Part shown: positions 18,750 to 28,857 of the stretch, in pieces
How the letters are laid out: each line of letters opens with the position of its first letter
How positions within the stretch are numbered: the first letter of the stretch is position 1
IMG/VR virus record: IMGVR_UViG_3300047287_000308
Location: 1-52,676 of that record
DNA: 52,676 nt
Source: a virus
Taxonomy: Duplodnaviria; Caudoviricetes
Reading direction: 5' to 3' (one strand)
The notes under the pieces: model-generated
The model's input: only the letters and a program-made list of their open reading frames with translations
Databases searched by the model: none
What the model was told of the DNA's origin: nothing
Translations under genes and position numbers: made by a program

Positions 18750-20581
18750 ACATCTACGATTTCAGGTTTGAAGAAAGCATCGCCTACTGCCCACAACCCT
18801 GCGGCTAGGTACCCATACTGCACTCTGCAGTTGATATTGTTGGGCATCCAGGCATCTGCGATGTACTGTGTTTTGTTCCAACTACGACCGCCCCTGTTGT
18901 AATAGAAGGGTACCCGAAGAATGACTGTCTTGTCGGCCTTATTGTCGCAGACCCGACTAATACCACAAACTAGCTGGTTGACCATGTTCCTGGAGTCCAG
19001 GTCCGATTCCCCTCCGACTTGTATGTGATTCAGTTTGAAAGGCATCAGAGGTGCAGCGTCTGACTCAGATTCTCTAAGGCCGGACCTGACCTTGACAAGG
19101 TTTTTAGCCTTATCCACAACCTCTAATTCTCTAGAGTCGTGTGACTTTAAACCAAAAACTGACACTAAGAAAGCAAAACACAGTATGCTACCTTTAGCTT
19201 CGATTAGGCCATTCCAGTCCGCTTTATTGAATACAATCACCGGAGCTGTATCCAGACTAAGAGTGTGAGTAGTAGTGTTGATTACATTGATTACAAATCT
19301 GTCTGATTTTACAATTTCAGTTCCGTCTACGACTATTTTGCCAATTTCCGATGAGTTGTAGTACTTATACGTGTCCTCTGTTCCCCACATTGAGCTGGAA
19401 TTGAAGGGAAACTCGCCGAGAATCTTCGACTTGTGATTGCTGCCATCAAATTCACGATCCCACCAGCCAAAGGCATTTTTGATCATGGCTCGTTTTACTG
19501 GCACTGTCCATTGAAGATCCCAGAGAACTCCGAATAGACCGATGTGCTGAGCTAACCAGTCCAAGTAGGTGGGATAGCAGGTATCAGGGTCGAGGTAGTC
19601 GGAATAAAAGTTAGAGATACGATCTTTGGCAACGCTCAATTCTTCATCGCCACCTGCTACTAGCCATTTAGCTACAGTATCTCCGCTGTCAGAGTAATAT
19701 GCACCAGAAGAACTAGGGAGTCTATTGTAGATGGGTCTCGCCATGCTACTACTGTATTCTGTCAGGCGCGAAGGCTTAAACGAACTAGGGGTTTCTTGAA
19801 TTGCCTTGCTAAATAGGGAGGACAGGTCGTCATATACTTTCTTCAAAAAGGCTATGTTTGACACATAAGTTGCCCTTGCCGAGTCTATGATAGAATAAGC
19901 CAAATCCAGCCAAGGTTGACCCAGGTCAAACAGGTCAGATTTGACATTATCTTCCACAACTCCTTCCATGTTGAGGTACTTACGGCAGAACTTATCTTTA
20001 CTATCGTCTATCCCAGAGTTATGAGAAGGAACAGAGCTGCGAATAAAATTAGGATCTAGGTACGTGTTGGGAGGGGTATATATAGTTGTATATCTGCTAA
20101 CTGTGTTATGTAAATGCTTCAGGGTTAGCTTGCCGTTTTCAGCAAACATATAATAAGACGAGCTATCCGATCCGATAAATTGCCACTTCTTACCAGACCT
20201 GATGATGTGACCCCTTAAGCACTTGCCCGCATCGCATTCTGTATCAGTCCCGCTGCCTGATTCGCAAGTAAGTCCTACTCTTGAGCAATTCTCAGTCTGT
20301 CTTGCTTGTGACGTAGCACCATGTCCAAACACTTTATAGCTACCGTCTTGCTCAGCAGAGATGATGGTCTGGTCTAGATAGGTTTTCTTAACCTCTGCAT
20401 AGTCTGGAATTACGTCATCTCTGGCTGGGTTGAGGTCTCTGACCAAATAAAGAAATCTGCCGTGAGAAAAAGAGGATATTTTTGTATATTTGGTCCTATC
20501 AAACTCAATCGTAAGTTTTCCAGAAACAAACGAACTATTCTCGTACCGGACAGGTACACTACGTGTGGAGTCCCAAATCAT
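18746..20581 (-). CDS. Baseplate wedge protein (P2 gpI-like domain)
   Basis: YLDPDTCYPTYLDWLAQHIG..W..KRAMIKNA..KGS motif; follows baseplate J. Confidence 0.75.
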   Translation of the reverse strand: MIWDSTRSVPVRYENSSFVSGKLTIEFDRTKYTKISSFSHGRFLYLVRDLNPARDDVIPDYAEVKKTYLDQTIISAEQDGSYKVFGHGATSQARQTENCSRVGLTCESGSGTDTECDAGKCLRGHIIRSGKKWQFIGSDSSSYYMFAENGKLTLKHLHNTVSRYTTIYTPPNTYLDPNFIRSSVPSHNSGIDDSKDKFCRKYLNMEGVVEDNVKSDLFDLGQPWLDLAYSIIDSARATYVSNIAFLKKVYDDLSSLFSKAIQETPSSFKPSRLTEYSSSMARPIYNRLPSSSGAYYSDSGDTVAKWLVAGGDEELSVAKDRISNFYSDYLDPDTCYPTYLDWLAQHIGLFGVLWDLQWTVPVKRAMIKNAFGWWDREFDGSNHKSKILGEFPFNSSSMWGTEDTYKYYNSSEIGKIVVDGTEIVKSDRFVINVINTTTHTLSLDTAPVIVFNKADWNGLIEAKGSILCFAFLVSVFGLKSHDSRELEVVDKAKNLVKVRSGLRESESDAAPLMPFKLNHIQVGGESDLDSRNMVNQLVCGISRVCDNKADKTVILRVPFYYNRGGRSWNKTQYIADAWMPNNINCRVQYGYLAAGLWAVGDAFFKPEIVDV

Positions 20582-21855
20582 AGTTGATACAGCTCTTTAT
20601 AACTATAAGTTAAGGATGAGAAATCAATTGACGAAGTCAAAGTAATGTAGGCGTTGTACAACCTGTAAGACGAAGCAGGGTCTGGTGAGGTGTAAGTCTG
20701 GTTGTCGCTGTTAACTACGGCTTCGTAATTATATAGACATTCTGTCTCGGTCTCAGTCCCGGAGAATCCTAAGCAAATACCATCTAATATTGTTGTGTCT
20801 CTAATCATTACTTTGGTATCGAAAACTCCTACCTTATCTACAAAGGTCATGTTGTAGACCTCACGCAGCAAAGGTTGATACAAGAGATCCTGCCCCAGAC
20901 CAAGGTATAGCGGGTTTAGATAGTCTACGAGAACTTGGTAAGCCTCCGCAGCTAGATTATCTACTGATGTGGTATTTACTAAAGGGTTGTAGAAAATCTC
21001 CAGCGAACACGTCAGCGGAATAACATTAGGAGAGACAACAGATACCGTAGTACCCAGTGTTACTCTATTCCTAAGTGAATCAGAGATCAGCCCGATAGTC
21101 GGAGTTGAAATAGCCTGCCCTGTCGCAGTACCAGCAACCACCAACACTTTTCCATAACTCTGAGGGTCTAGTTTAAACCTTTCTTCGTAAGTAAGTACCT
21201 TTAAGATTTCAGCCTCAGGAGCAACTGTTCTGATCTCGTTTTCAAAATCCGCCGCAGTGGTTATATTTCTCCTACTAAGAACCTCAAAAGCTCTTTGTTT
21301 CATCTCGTCCAGAGTCTCAAGATCTCTTCCGCCTACTGCTGGGTCGGTATTTCCTAGTGATTCCAGACCTAGAAAGTTCTTTTCGATCTTGTTGATCGCT
21401 TCTGCTGAGACATTATACACAGAACCCCACTTTTCGGACACAACAGTACCAGTCGCAGTAGACCCTACCAATCTGACCTCAGATAATGTGGTAAACATTA
21501 GGCCACTGCCGGTGTAGACTTTGGTGCCTGGTGGGATAATAACCGCTCGGCTATAGCCTACTGCCCTATAAAATGTTACCTCGGCCATGGCGCGAGATCC
21601 TACTCTACGTTGTACACCCAACTGTCGAAGCCACTGCAGACTAAATGCCTCGGGCAAGTTATTAAGATAATATAGCAATTCGGCTTGGGCGAAACCAAAC
21701 CCTTCAGAAATTGCCGACAGGGGCGAAGCTGCGGTGAAGTCATTGAGCTTACCATCGGATTCCAGATAAATTCTGGTCTGAATTGCTCTGACAATGTCCG
21801 TCAGGTTGCGGGGATCAAGTTGCAGGGGCAGAATGGGCCCGTAAATGTCAGACAT
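20578..21855 (-). CDS. Baseplate J-like wedge protein
   Basis: LNDFTAASPL, IIPPGTKV, GSVYNV, AVGGRDLETLDEMKQRA, TAADFE. Confidence 0.9.
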   Translation of the reverse strand: MSDIYGPILPLQLDPRNLTDIVRAIQTRIYLESDGKLNDFTAASPLSAISEGFGFAQAELLYYLNNLPEAFSLQWLRQLGVQRRVGSRAMAEVTFYRAVGYSRAVIIPPGTKVYTGSGLMFTTLSEVRLVGSTATGTVVSEKWGSVYNVSAEAINKIEKNFLGLESLGNTDPAVGGRDLETLDEMKQRAFEVLSRRNITTAADFENEIRTVAPEAEILKVLTYEERFKLDPQSYGKVLVVAGTATGQAISTPTIGLISDSLRNRVTLGTTVSVVSPNVIPLTCSLEIFYNPLVNTTSVDNLAAEAYQVLVDYLNPLYLGLGQDLLYQPLLREVYNMTFVDKVGVFDTKVMIRDTTILDGICLGFSGTETETECLYNYEAVVNSDNQTYTSPDPASSYRLYNAYITLTSSIDFSSLTYSYKELYQL

Positions 21856-21863
21856 AGTTGGGG

Positions 21864-22871
21864 TTATCGTGCAGAAGGTATGGAACCGGAACTGGAGTCC
21901 ATGTTAAGTTGGTCAAACTTAGGTAGGAGACTGATGTCCAGTAAATCTCCACTAGACATAGTGGAAGGGTCGTATGAGGTAAGACCTTTAAGGTCGATAG
22001 CCATGAGGCTAAGGTTATACAAGTCTCTGTCGGCTTGGGATAGATTCGATTCAGAAGACAACTCTGCCAGAGCTTGAGGCAGGTAAGTAGTTGTTGCTCC
22101 TTCACTACCGAGAGGCGTCGATGCAGCTGGATTAAATAAGGACTCAAGGGGTGTCTGGGGGTAACCTACATACCCAGCTTCAGCAGCAGCTTTGAGGTTT
22201 TTGGGGAATCCGACGTTATTGTAATAATCTGCTGGAGTTAGATATCCGTTTGTTATGCTAACTCCTCTGTAGTCTTTGTCGAGGTCGGCGGAGTTATCTA
22301 TAGCAATGATAGTATCCGGGGGCACACTGGAGATTTTAGTAAACGGGTTATTGTCCATCACGCTAACAATGTCGTCAATGTCACTACCAATGCGTGGATC
22401 TAATCTGAATACTTCTGAGATTGTCTCTGTGCAGGACCGGATTAGATCCGGGCTGATAGACAGACCTAGCTGGTTAAGTGCACTGCTGACGTATCCTTCT
22501 AACGGGGTTGTATAGCTAGACAGTCTGTCGAACTCCTGCAATAACGAAGATTCTATGTCTTTGGAGAGTTTTTCTACCGTGTGCCTTTCGTTAACGGCGA
22601 GCCAGTCACTAAAATCTTCGGAAGAATTCGCCAAAGAGTCTAGCCCTTGTTCGATTAGTTGACGTACTTTGTCCCCCTGGTCGAACGCTCCACTGAACAA
22701 AGACGATGGTAGATTAGGGTCGAGATCACTGGTCGGGGACTGTTGAAAAATTTGATTCTTAACTTCGCGAAAAAAGTCCGGGTCGTTGTAAGCAACGGCT
22801 GCTAACCCCCCAGCAGTGCTGTAAGAATCCGTAGCAAAATTGGACTTCACGGAATGCTTCCCTATATACAA
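21864..22871 (-). CDS. Hypothetical baseplate-associated protein
   Basis: 335 aa acidic ORF heading the baseplate operon; TAGGLAAVAYNDPDFF weakly resembles LysM/gpX-type starts; start codon uncertain. Confidence 0.55.
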   Translation of the reverse strand: MYIGKHSVKSNFATDSYSTAGGLAAVAYNDPDFFREVKNQIFQQSPTSDLDPNLPSSLFSGAFDQGDKVRQLIEQGLDSLANSSEDFSDWLAVNERHTVEKLSKDIESSLLQEFDRLSSYTTPLEGYVSSALNQLGLSISPDLIRSCTETISEVFRLDPRIGSDIDDIVSVMDNNPFTKISSVPPDTIIAIDNSADLDKDYRGVSITNGYLTPADYYNNVGFPKNLKAAAEAGYVGYPQTPLESLFNPAASTPLGSEGATTTYLPQALAELSSESNLSQADRDLYNLSLMAIDLKGLTSYDPSTMSSGDLLDISLLPKFDQLNMDSSSGSIPSAR

Positions 22872-22895
22872 CTTAAACGGTTAAAGTAAGTTAGT
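22861..22895. promoter_or_regulatory. Back-to-back divergent late promoter motifs
   Basis: Plus GGTTAAAG-taagt-TAGT (22879-22895); minus GTTTAAGT-tgtata-TAGG (22878-22861), at the divergence of baseplate and tail-fibre operons. Confidence 0.65.
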
Positions 22896-22906
22896 GAAAA
22901 CCCTGA

Positions 22907-23425
22907 ATGGCAGACGCTTTATACCAGAATTCTACGACGTCTTTGAGCGGAGAAGAGCCGTTTATCGGTGATGGTCTGGACGGGGAGATTGCCACTAACA
23001 CAGCAGACGCAAGGTCTTGGGTATTCGACCCTACAGGTGTACCCCTAGAACTAGGGGGTGCGGTCAAGAACCGCCCTATCAGTAATCTTTTCGTATCTAA
23101 CTACGCCGATATCGACGTAACCAATACGATCAATCTACCGATTGCAAACCCTGACCCCTCTCTTATCCCAGCAGGATACTATAGCGAAGTCCGCATCTTG
23201 ATGCGCTTTCCCCAGAGCCCTCTTAGTATTCCCTACGCGGAGTATTTTGATTTTCCGGTAAATTGGGGTTTAAAGTCTCTATGGGATCCTCGCGATGAAA
23301 GTGGCAGCAGTAGCAATCCTATCGACTTTTACAAGTCTGCCGGTAGGTCCATTCTAGTCGAATTAAGTTCTTTCGGTCCTAATCAAAGCTGGACTGGTCG
23401 CGTCCTTTGGGTAAGCTCTCTCTAA
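22907..23425 (+). CDS. Hypothetical tail/baseplate protein
   Basis: 172 aa, precedes the tail fibre. Confidence 0.6.
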   Translation: MADALYQNSTTSLSGEEPFIGDGLDGEIATNTADARSWVFDPTGVPLELGGAVKNRPISNLFVSNYADIDVTNTINLPIANPDPSLIPAGYYSEVRILMRFPQSPLSIPYAEYFDFPVNWGLKSLWDPRDESGSSSNPIDFYKSAGRSILVELSSFGPNQSWTGRVLWVSSL

Positions 23426-23428
23426 ACT

Positions 23429-26400
23429 ATGAATAAAATCACTTTTGAAAACGGCACCATTGTTAACGAGGACTTCCTCTCTGAAATTCAGAAAGGTTCT
23501 TCTTTCGACGGTGATTCCCAGCGTGCTGATTTTTTCTCTGAGCCTACCACTTCAGAGACCGGGGCATGGGACATTAGGCAGAGAGACTCGATTAAAGACT
23601 GGGAGATCTCCCGTCCTCAAGTAGAGCCTGAGACAGGGATTGGCAGATTAGCTCACGATGGGGTTGTGCTGGGGTATGACCTAACTGCTGAGGTTGTAAC
23701 TCAAGGTCCCCCGGCTCTCAAGCCTGTACCTGGCGGGTACGGGGTCACTGTCGAAGCAGGTACGATCATTCTGAGCGACGGTACAAAAGCTTCTTGGGCA
23801 AGACAGACCGTAGAGCTAGTCAGCGGCCTACAAGAGAATTATATTTATGTATTGGAAGAAAACGCCCAGACTCAAGAGGTTCTCACCCTTAGTGTGGGAT
23901 CTTCTTTGCCGTCTGTGTCGGTTCCGCATGTTGCTCTGGCTAAGCTAGTACTCAATGCTAATCAGGACGAGCTGCTTGTAGTCGATGGGGAGGTAGCTGG
24001 CAATGGCTATATTGACTTAAGGCCCTCAGTTCACATCGGTAATCTGAACACCTACCCCCGGAATCTTAAGAACACTAGCATCAAAAGTGATTCTTATCAG
24101 ATCTCGGTCTGGGACCGGGTAATTGCTGATACGTCTAATGGATCTATCATCCTCACTTTGCCTGCAACTGCGGAGGACTCTGACAGGATTGCTATTGCTG
24201 ATATTTCTGGCACGTTTGAAAGATACCCTGTTATTCTCAGGTCTCCTGACGAAGAAGTAAGGATCAACGACTCAGTAGACGACTGGATTGTCAACATTAG
24301 AGACGCTCATCTGGAACTTTTCTACCACGAGGCTACTAACTCTTGGAGATTTGAAGCTTCTCCTGGCGATGAATGCACACCTGTACTCGGTACTTTCCTG
24401 AGTTGTGGTGGTAAAGAGTTTATCGGAGAGAGACTACCTAACGAGTGCCCTGACGGGCAGATCGTACCCCCGGTATATCCCAACCCTGCACAAGCGGTCT
24501 ATCAATACGAACCTGGTAGTGGGAAGTGCTACAAGCAATACTATGATAGTGTAGCTATCTACGCAGATGGTCAAGGTGGGCTTATTACCGTACCTTCTAC
24601 CCCTCGTTGTGATAGAACCGGTACTCTGTCCAGCTCGCCTGTCCGGAACATCATCTATGTAGACCCTACTGTCGGTGATGACTCTCTTAGCAATACCGGT
24701 TTCGCCCAGGACCGCCCGTTCCGTACCATTGAACGCGCTCTGATCGAAGCTGCTAGAGAAAGTCACAGAACCGGGGCTTATAATGACAGGTATGACCGTA
24801 TGGTCATCGAGCTAGCTCCTGGTGATTACTATGTAGACAACTCTCCAGGTGTGTCGAGTACTCCTGGGTTGACGTCTTCTGCTGGTCTGGTTCAGAGAGT
24901 AGTTACTCCGTATCAGATTTTAGGTGTAACTAATATTGATAAAGGTGTCAGGATTCAGATCGATTCCCTCAATGCTATTTCTACTCAACCTCCTAATGAT
25001 TTTAATCTTGGTCGAGTAATTTACTCCCAGAGCGGGGGTGTAGGTAATATCACTAGAGTTGAAAAAGAAAGCCTTACTTCTTCGCTGTGGACTGTTACCT
25101 TGGAGTACGTCCGGGGTAAATTCTCCCTGGGAGATACCCTGTTTTACGATTACCTCGCTGTTGTAAACCCATCGAAGGGTGGTTTGGTTGTCCCCAGAGG
25201 TGTGAGTATTGACGGTACGGACCTGCGTAAAGTCAGGGTTCGTCCTATGTACATCCCAGTACTTGACCCTGTAGAAAATAACCCTCAAACCGACCGGACT
25301 TCGATCTTTAAGCTGACTGGTGGTAGCTACGTCTCGCTAATCACTTTTACTGACAACCCGCAACATTCTCGTACTCACAATACAGTAACAGCTATTGGTT
25401 TTGCTTCTAAAGACGAGCTTGTTGGTCTTAACGGTGAGGTCTCTTACTATGTAAAGATTAATTCTTTATTCTCAGAGCTTGATGGATGGAATTCCGACGG
25501 TCTGGAGTATCTGAGCGCTGAGTATACTATTGTATCCCCGGTCCCCTCTGATTCGGCATTAAAGCATCAAGATACCGAAGAAAACCAAACCGGTCTGCCT
25601 GGTGCCGACTCCAGAGCAGGGTCCCCTCTGGCTTTCCCTGGTGCGTCTAAGATCGCATCGCAGGATTCGCCCAACGTACTAAAGGATCTTCCTGACGTTA
25701 ACTCGACTCGGTCTTCGTCTCCTTACGTCTTCAATTGTTCTGTCAGATCGATCTTTGGTCTTAACGGTCTGTGGGCTAATGGAGCCCTTGTCGAAGGATT
25801 CCGGTCCATGGTGACTGCTAACTTCACGCAAGTCAGTCTACAAACCGATCCTAATTGCTTCACATCTAACACATACTATGATAACCCTCCGACTAACTCA
25901 GAAGAAGTTGGTAAACGCTATCGTAGTTGCACTACCGATGAGTTTAAGTATCGGAACGTCGGTTTCAGATGCAGTAACGACGCCGTAATTCAGATCGTAT
26001 CTTGTTTTGTTATTGGCAACTCCGACCACTTCGTAGCAGAAAACGGTGGCGACCTATCTATTACAAACTCATGTTCGGACTTTGGTGATACCTCACTTAA
26101 GGCTATTGGTTACAAGAACAAACCTTTCAGCCAAGACGAAGGTATTCCTGCCGGTCCTTACGCTGGAACCAGACTGCTTGAGGTTATCCCGCCTCTACCG
26201 CTCAGTTATGATCTGGAAGTCCCAACACTAGAAGATGCTGAGATTAGCACCAGCTTGGTTGTTGACTACGACCTCACCCTTAATTATATTATTGATAACC
26301 AAGGCCCTGGCGGCACAATGCCGAGCATTTACCGTCTGTATTGTCGGAATAGTAACTCAGCTAGCCCCTTTACCTTAAGCAGCCCACCTAAAGCTTCTAG

Positions 26401-28450
26401 TATTTCCTATAACCAGTTCTCCTACACCAAAGAATCTACCGTAACTCCAGGTGTATACGAGCTAGCCGGTGGTTCGGCCAGACCCAATAGAAAAAGGATG
26501 TACGTCAACGGGTTTGACGAATTCGGTAACTCTATCCTGTATACTGGTAACATTCGTCTTCCTGAGAATACCTCTCCGGGGTGGGAAAATCTCGATGACA
26601 GGTCTAAAATCTTTGTCTGGGACGCAGTCGAAGAACTATGGTACGTAGAACTAGATTCCGTAGGTATTGTAGAAACCACTACTCCTGGTGCTGACTACCT
26701 GCTAAAGAAATTCGATTATGCTTTTAGACATAAGCTTTCTGAACCCAACCAGTATACCGTGTTGGACTTCTTCTTTAACGGGTCTTCAATTAAGATCATC
26801 AGAGGTCTGGACAAGAGAACTAATGATGAGAGGATCTATAAAACCGTTCTAAGTGGCTATTTCAAAGCCAACGGTGTCAGAAAGCCCCAGAGTTTTTACG
26901 TCCTTGAGCGGCAGGTAGGTGAGGCAATTAACGCTGGTTCGGAGCTGTCCAACAACCCGGTCACTGTAACCCAAATCCGTACCTACGAGGAGTATCTCAC
27001 CCCTGGTACTACCGAAACCCCTACCTCGGGTAAATATGTTACTCTGCTAACCAAAGGCTCTGACTCTCGCCGGGTATTCACGAACAATATCTACCCTGTC
27101 CAGGACTATGACGAGCCTGAACTGACAGAAGACCCTGCAGATTCTATTACTAAGCAGTGCCTGGAGTCTATTGTTGTTAGACCGGGGGTGTGGGCATCGG
27201 CACCTATCGAACCTTCTACAGACAGTATCTCCATCCGTACTGAGTCTGGTGCAGACGAGGGTATTGCTATCAACTTACGTCGTCCTTCGACGATTAGGGC
27301 ATCTAACCACACCTGGGAATGGACAGGCTACCTTAACTACGATACCTCTCTGCCTATTTACCAGGGAGATCCTTTGGATAGAGACTTTGCCCTTGCCAAG
27401 GTAATCTCTGAATCCGCTGGTGGTAGAGTCTATGCCACGGGCATGAACGAAGAAGGTAGCTACTTCATAGGTACGACAGTATTCGATCTCAGGTCCGGCG
27501 AGCAGTTTGCAATTCCTCTGCAGTCTAGCGTAAACGACTCACCGGTAGCTAATCAGGTCTTTAGTAATGTAATCATTAGGTCTAGCCTACTGCTGCAAGA
27601 CGACTCCTCTGTGATTTTTGGTCGTCGTACACAGATCTTCTTTAGTCCTGACACACAGTTTAAGTCTCTGACCACTGGTGAGGTGACAGCTAGTGCTACA
27701 AACCCTCCTGGTGTGTATGCCACTAAGAACAAAGCTGGTCTGGTACAGATTGCCAAACCAGAGGAGATCAGAGGTGCTTTTGGAAGCACATACAGCGGGG
27801 TTGCTAGTCAGGTCGTAGTTACAGCAAAAGACCTTGCAGACGAACTCAACGTCAGATTCGGTAGTTCAGTAGGTGCAGGTACGGGTATTGTGGTTACTGA
27901 GAACTCAGTAAGCCCTCCTGGTGGTGGAGACCCTATTACCCAATTCGTAATCTCTGTTTCTTCGACGTATGGTGGTTTCACCCCGCTCGGTGGGATTATT
28001 ATGTGGACTGGTTACGGTGGTGACGTACCGACAGGGTGGGCTTTATGTAATACGTCTCAAACTATTAACGGTATTGCTGTACCTAACCTGTCTAACCGAT
28101 TTATTATCGGTGCATCTACAGGGGCTAACGTCACACCGACTACCAACGTGACCGGATCAGCTACTCTATACGGTGGTACCAAAGACGCAGTGGTTGTTAG
28201 CCATACTCACTCCGGTACAACCGACGGAGGAGGAGCACACACCCATAGTTACGATCAAGCCCAATACGTTAACACCGAAGGCGCTGTTGCCGTAAGCCCT
28301 CGTGCTAATCAAAATGCACCTGCAACAACCAGTGAAGCACCTTCACACACGCACGGTTTCACAACCGGAGACGCTACAGACGCTGTTTCTGGTACGGACA
28401 AGAATCTCCCTCCGTACTATGCTCTGGCATTCATCTGCCGCGTAGCTTAA
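23429..28450 (+). CDS. Long tail fibre/spike with beta-helix region and C-terminal tail-collar domain
   Basis: IYVDP..RPFRTIERALIEAAR..LAPGDY..GGLVVPRGVSIDGTDLRK..SSSPYVFNCSVRS (cyanomyovirus-type); PLGGIIMW..VPTGWALCN..PNL..RFIIGA..NLPPYYALAFI collar. Confidence 0.85.
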   Translation: MNKITFENGTIVNEDFLSEIQKGSSFDGDSQRADFFSEPTTSETGAWDIRQRDSIKDWEISRPQVEPETGIGRLAHDGVVLGYDLTAEVVTQGPPALKPVPGGYGVTVEAGTIILSDGTKASWARQTVELVSGLQENYIYVLEENAQTQEVLTLSVGSSLPSVSVPHVALAKLVLNANQDELLVVDGEVAGNGYIDLRPSVHIGNLNTYPRNLKNTSIKSDSYQISVWDRVIADTSNGSIILTLPATAEDSDRIAIADISGTFERYPVILRSPDEEVRINDSVDDWIVNIRDAHLELFYHEATNSWRFEASPGDECTPVLGTFLSCGGKEFIGERLPNECPDGQIVPPVYPNPAQAVYQYEPGSGKCYKQYYDSVAIYADGQGGLITVPSTPRCDRTGTLSSSPVRNIIYVDPTVGDDSLSNTGFAQDRPFRTIERALIEAARESHRTGAYNDRYDRMVIELAPGDYYVDNSPGVSSTPGLTSSAGLVQRVVTPYQILGVTNIDKGVRIQIDSLNAISTQPPNDFNLGRVIYSQSGGVGNITRVEKESLTSSLWTVTLEYVRGKFSLGDTLFYDYLAVVNPSKGGLVVPRGVSIDGTDLRKVRVRPMYIPVLDPVENNPQTDRTSIFKLTGGSYVSLITFTDNPQHSRTHNTVTAIGFASKDELVGLNGEVSYYVKINSLFSELDGWNSDGLEYLSAEYTIVSPVPSDSALKHQDTEENQTGLPGADSRAGSPLAFPGASKIASQDSPNVLKDLPDVNSTRSSSPYVFNCSVRSIFGLNGLWANGALVEGFRSMVTANFTQVSLQTDPNCFTSNTYYDNPPTNSEEVGKRYRSCTTDEFKYRNVGFRCSNDAVIQIVSCFVIGNSDHFVAENGGDLSITNSCSDFGDTSLKAIGYKNKPFSQDEGIPAGPYAGTRLLEVIPPLPLSYDLEVPTLEDAEISTSLVVDYDLTLNYIIDNQGPGGTMPSIYRLYCRNSNSASPFTLSSPPKASSISYNQFSYTKESTVTPGVYELAGGSARPNRKRMYVNGFDEFGNSILYTGNIRLPENTSPGWENLDDRSKIFVWDAVEELWYVELDSVGIVETTTPGADYLLKKFDYAFRHKLSEPNQYTVLDFFFNGSSIKIIRGLDKRTNDERIYKTVLSGYFKANGVRKPQSFYVLERQVGEAINAGSELSNNPVTVTQIRTYEEYLTPGTTETPTSGKYVTLLTKGSDSRRVFTNNIYPVQDYDEPELTEDPADSITKQCLESIVVRPGVWASAPIEPSTDSISIRTESGADEGIAINLRRPSTIRASNHTWEWTGYLNYDTSLPIYQGDPLDRDFALAKVISESAGGRVYATGMNEEGSYFIGTTVFDLRSGEQFAIPLQSSVNDSPVANQVFSNVIIRSSLLLQDDSSVIFGRRTQIFFSPDTQFKSLTTGEVTASATNPPGVYATKNKAGLVQIAKPEEIRGAFGSTYSGVASQVVVTAKDLADELNVRFGSSVGAGTGIVVTENSVSPPGGGDPITQFVISVSSTYGGFTPLGGIIMWTGYGGDVPTGWALCNTSQTINGIAVPNLSNRFIIGASTGANVTPTTNVTGSATLYGGTKDAVVVSHTHSGTTDGGGAHTHSYDQAQYVNTEGAVAVSPRANQNAPATTSEAPSHTHGFTTGDATDAVSGTDKNLPPYYALAFICRVA

Positions 28451-28749
28451 TGCTCACTTCAATTTCTACCTCGGGTAGCCGAGCCCGCCCACCTCGTTCG
28501 TGGGGGGCTTTTTGCGAGAAGCTCCCGCAAGTCCGTCTACCGTGGTTGCGACCTCAGACGTGGACCGTCGAGCTAGCTCAGCGTTGGGTCGACAGGATTC
28601 CGGCCAAGTGCCCGTTTGAGCGTCAGCTCTGGTACGGAGACACCCTGGTGCTCTACATCCCCCCGCTCTGCCCCTTAAATCCGATCAGCAAACAGCTTTA
28701 TGAGATTCGCCTGGAGGCACAGATTTTCCTCGCAGAGAAATCTCTATAA
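28450..28749 (+). CDS. Mo-dependent nitrogenase C-terminal-like (Mo-nitro_C) domain protein
   Basis: IPAKCPFERQL..YIPPLCPLNP..QLYEIRLEA matches the cyanobacterial IPxxCPFER..IPPLCKLNP family. Confidence 0.8.
   Translation: MLTSISTSGSRARPPRSWGAFCEKLPQVRLPWLRPQTWTVELAQRWVDRIPAKCPFERQLWYGDTLVLYIPPLCPLNPISKQLYEIRLEAQIFLAEKSL
28482..28513 (+). terminator. Intrinsic terminator-like hairpin after the tail fibre gene
   Basis: AGCCCGCCCAC-ctcgttc-GTGGGGGGCT-TTTT. Confidence 0.55.
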
Positions 28750-28755
28750 ACCCCC

Positions 28756-28784
28756 TTGCGTTTTTTTGAAAAACGCCTTATAAT
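28756..28784 (+). promoter_or_regulatory. Host sigma70-type promoter
   Basis: TTGCGT-17-TATAAT. Confidence 0.75.
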
Positions 28785-28857
28785 ACCTTCAGTGAGCAGG
28801 AGGGGGCCTGAAACCCTCACCACCGCCACTATTGACACCCGTGAGATTAAACACAAA

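Noticed and set aside
28020-28050. VPTGWALC in the tail fibre as a tag copy
   Set aside because: Standard tail-collar motif; shows PxGW also arises as a generic turn
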